From NCBI GenBank assembly GCA_050294405.1, contig JBNKOC010000028.1, positions 160,001-224,000 of the forward strand: 64,000 nucleotides of DNA, written 5' to 3'. The stretch is from Fibrobacteria bacterium (lineage in GTDB: Bacteria > Fibrobacterota > Fibrobacteria > UBA11236 > JADFYW01). This document shows positions 62,205-64,000 of the stretch, in pieces. The notes under the pieces are model-generated. The model was not told the origin of the DNA. It ran no database searches and worked only from the letters and a program-made list of their open reading frames with translations. A program made the position numbers and the translations under genes. How positions within the stretch are numbered: the first letter of the stretch is position 1; the number at the start of each line of letters is the position of its first letter.

Positions 62205-63578
62205 CTAAAATTGCTTGAAAAAATTAGCAATGGCTTCTGCAGAAAAACCCGGAATGCTGTGTCCATCTCCCTCCCTGGGACACCACACTACCGGATAGCC
62301 GGGATCGCAGCCCTGGTAAGCCACGCAAGGGGAAGGTTCCACTGGCGAGGTTTCGGCGCTGCAACCGTTATTTATCCGAAGAACTTCCATCATAGGCTCA
62401 GCCATAGAAATTTGAAGCACACTGTCGGCGATTCCATGTGTGGCCCACACTGCGACCCTCCTTTCCGGAGTTGTTCTGGTGCAACTGGCCCCGCTAATGG
62501 GAGCACCTGCCATGGCCCCAACGGCTCTGAAAATATCACTTAGATTGCAGGCGGCTGTAAAGGACATGGAGCCTCCATAACTAAAACCTGTAGAAAAAAT
62601 CCGGGATTCATCTACGCAGTAATTTTCTTTAAGAAATGCAAACATCTCCCTTGAAAACTCCTCATCTTCTCCACCTTGATTGGCCCAGCCCAAGTTATTT
62701 CCACCCAAGGAGGGTAGTCCTTCAGGGCTAATATATATGGCATCTGGAAAATAGTTCCCCACTCTATACATAGTTCTGGCCATGGAGGCCGAACCTCCCA
62801 AGGGGTGGTAATTAAAGACAACCGGGTGTGGCTGGCTGTTGTCATAATTGTCGGGCAGGTCCACGTAAAAAGTTCTTTCTTTGCCATTGGCTTGGACGCT
62901 GCAATCCGAATTATCACAGGAAGGAGGGGTTGTCCCGCAACCGGCCGTGCCGCCGGATTCAGGGACAAGGATAATATCTCCCATATTTTGTTGGTAAGAG
63001 TCCAGATTAACTTGAGATGTGGTGTAACCCGTCATCGACACAATTAATACATCCACCCCTTTTTTTCCCATGCTTTGTTTCTTGGACAAGTTCCTAATTT
63101 TGGATGTAAGGAGCCCGCCATTTTCAAAATAAAACATGGCCATTTGCGCATAATCGCCGATTTTTGTGCGAATATGGAAGATTCCGCTGGGTTCCCCCTT
63201 TAATTTTTCGGCTATTTCAAAGCGATGTACTCCTTCTTTTAGTGGACTGTTATGTATACTAAATATTTCCTTTCCCAGGCTGTTGTAAACTTCAATAAGG
63301 GTATTCATGGGCTGATTGAGATTGAGAATAACCATGTTGTTTTCAAGACTATATATTTGGTGGGAAAAGCTGCTTGGGTTTCCGATGTTGGTGGTTCCTG
63401 TAATGGAAAATAGACCATTCATATCTGTGGAACTGGCAAGTCCAGCTGTAGCCAGAGATACGCTGGCACCGGAAATAGGAGTCGAATTGTTGTCTAAAAC
63501 CCTGCCGATTATGTTTATTTCCTGCGCCTGGGAAAATCCAATAAAAGCCATGAGTGCCAGTCTGAAAATTTTTTCCAT
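62205..63578 (-). CDS. Secreted CE1-like esterase (feruloyl/acetylxylan esterase type) with N-terminal carboxypeptidase-regulatory-like and T9SS-CTD-like modules
   Basis: Signal peptide from ATG 63578; GRVLD..PISGASV; catalytic domain YCVDESRIFSTGFSYGG, HGIAD, GHS. Confidence 0.8.
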   Translation of the reverse strand: MEKIFRLALMAFIGFSQAQEINIIGRVLDNNSTPISGASVSLATAGLASSTDMNGLFSITGTTNIGNPSSFSHQIYSLENNMVILNLNQPMNTLIEVYNSLGKEIFSIHNSPLKEGVHRFEIAEKLKGEPSGIFHIRTKIGDYAQMAMFYFENGGLLTSKIRNLSKKQSMGKKGVDVLIVSMTGYTTSQVNLDSYQQNMGDIILVPESGGTAGCGTTPPSCDNSDCSVQANGKERTFYVDLPDNYDNSQPHPVVFNYHPLGGSASMARTMYRVGNYFPDAIYISPEGLPSLGGNNLGWANQGGEDEEFSREMFAFLKENYCVDESRIFSTGFSYGGSMSFTAACNLSDIFRAVGAMAGAPISGASCTRTTPERRVAVWATHGIADSVLQISMAEPMMEVLRINNGCSAETSPVEPSPCVAYQGCDPGYPVVWCPREGDGHSIPGFSAEAIANFFKQF

Positions 63579-63812
63579 GGTTATCCCCTTGTTCATGACC
63601 AAGAATTCCCAGGTCCACTAAAATGGAGAATCTTTCCAAATCTAAAAACCCAGGAAAGAATAGGTGGCTAGTTGGTAAATAGGATAGCCACTATCTTTGA
63701 AGATAGGCCGGGAGCCATGTTTGGGAACTTGGTTTCTTTAAAATTGGAACAGACTATTAAAGTTCCGTTGGCTAAAGCCAACGGAAAGGAAAGTATGGGA
63801 TGTTGTGAAGGT

Positions 63813-63998
63813 TCAGGAAGGAGGCTGGGTGAGAGGAAACATGTGAAAATTGAATTGATATACGCAATCTGCTTCCCCGGGAGGGCCTTCCTTCGCGGCA
63901 AGCTCTTTGCCCAGGGCGGTAATTTTTTCCTTAAAAACCTGCAAATTTTTACTGGAAATATTAAGAGTTATAGTGGAAAAATCCATTTGCTGCCATGG
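63813..63998 (-). CDS. 3' end of a TIGR02147/DUF4423-like protein (partial)
   Basis: Minus frame reads ...DFSTITLNISSKNLQVFKEKI...DCVYQFNFHMFPLT..stop, the characteristic C-terminus of this Fibrobacter-expanded family; not in the track. Confidence 0.75.
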   Translation of the reverse strand, partial: PWQQMDFSTITLNISSKNLQVFKEKITALGKELAAKEGPPGEADCVYQFNFHMFPLTQPPS

Positions 63999-64000
63999 TA

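Noticed and set aside
63668..63901. 77-aa ORF from the track
   Set aside because: Overlaps, in another frame, the better-supported TIGR02147-like C-terminus.
1..64000. CRISPR array, tRNA/rRNA, IS, prophage or defence island
   Set aside because: No regularly spaced repeats, cloverleaf or rRNA signatures, transposase, integrase or phage motifs were seen by eye; intergenic gaps are short.

Overview
Bacterial chromosomal window, gene-dense and AT-leaning, most likely from a Fibrobacterota-related organism (inferred from a partial TIGR02147/DUF4423-like gene at the right edge and Fibrobacter-style secreted proteins). Left 13 kb: HU, a sigma54-preceded site-2 protease, an NAD-linked Mo/W formate dehydrogenase operon (fdhD, fused NuoE/F-like subunit, fdhF-like alpha) and a rare-sugar catabolic operon (ketose 3-epimerase, alpha/beta hydrolase, IolE-like TIM barrel, araB, araD; no araA). 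The two operons flank a PAS-AraC regulator and share a 17/18-identical upstream motif. Middle: cca; an Lcp/MpaB-type oxygenase divergent from a PaxB/Pyr4-type membrane terpene cyclase; two membrane hybrid kinases; a sigma54-preceded porin-nrtABCD nitrate/nitrite/cyanate uptake operon facing a cytoplasmic NasS-like gene split at an A10 tract; a CruA/GGR-like flavoprotein; STAS, FapA, lpxB, HAD, Nudix, rlmN, TPMT; and a degenerate EF-G-like GTPase. This is followed by the S10-spc-alpha ribosomal cluster (no adk, map or rpsD), uvrC, a PPi-dependent PEP carboxykinase, an MbnP/MbnH pair and secreted proteins. No rRNA, tRNA, CRISPR array or mobile element was seen. All calls come from motif recognition by eye, not from database searches.
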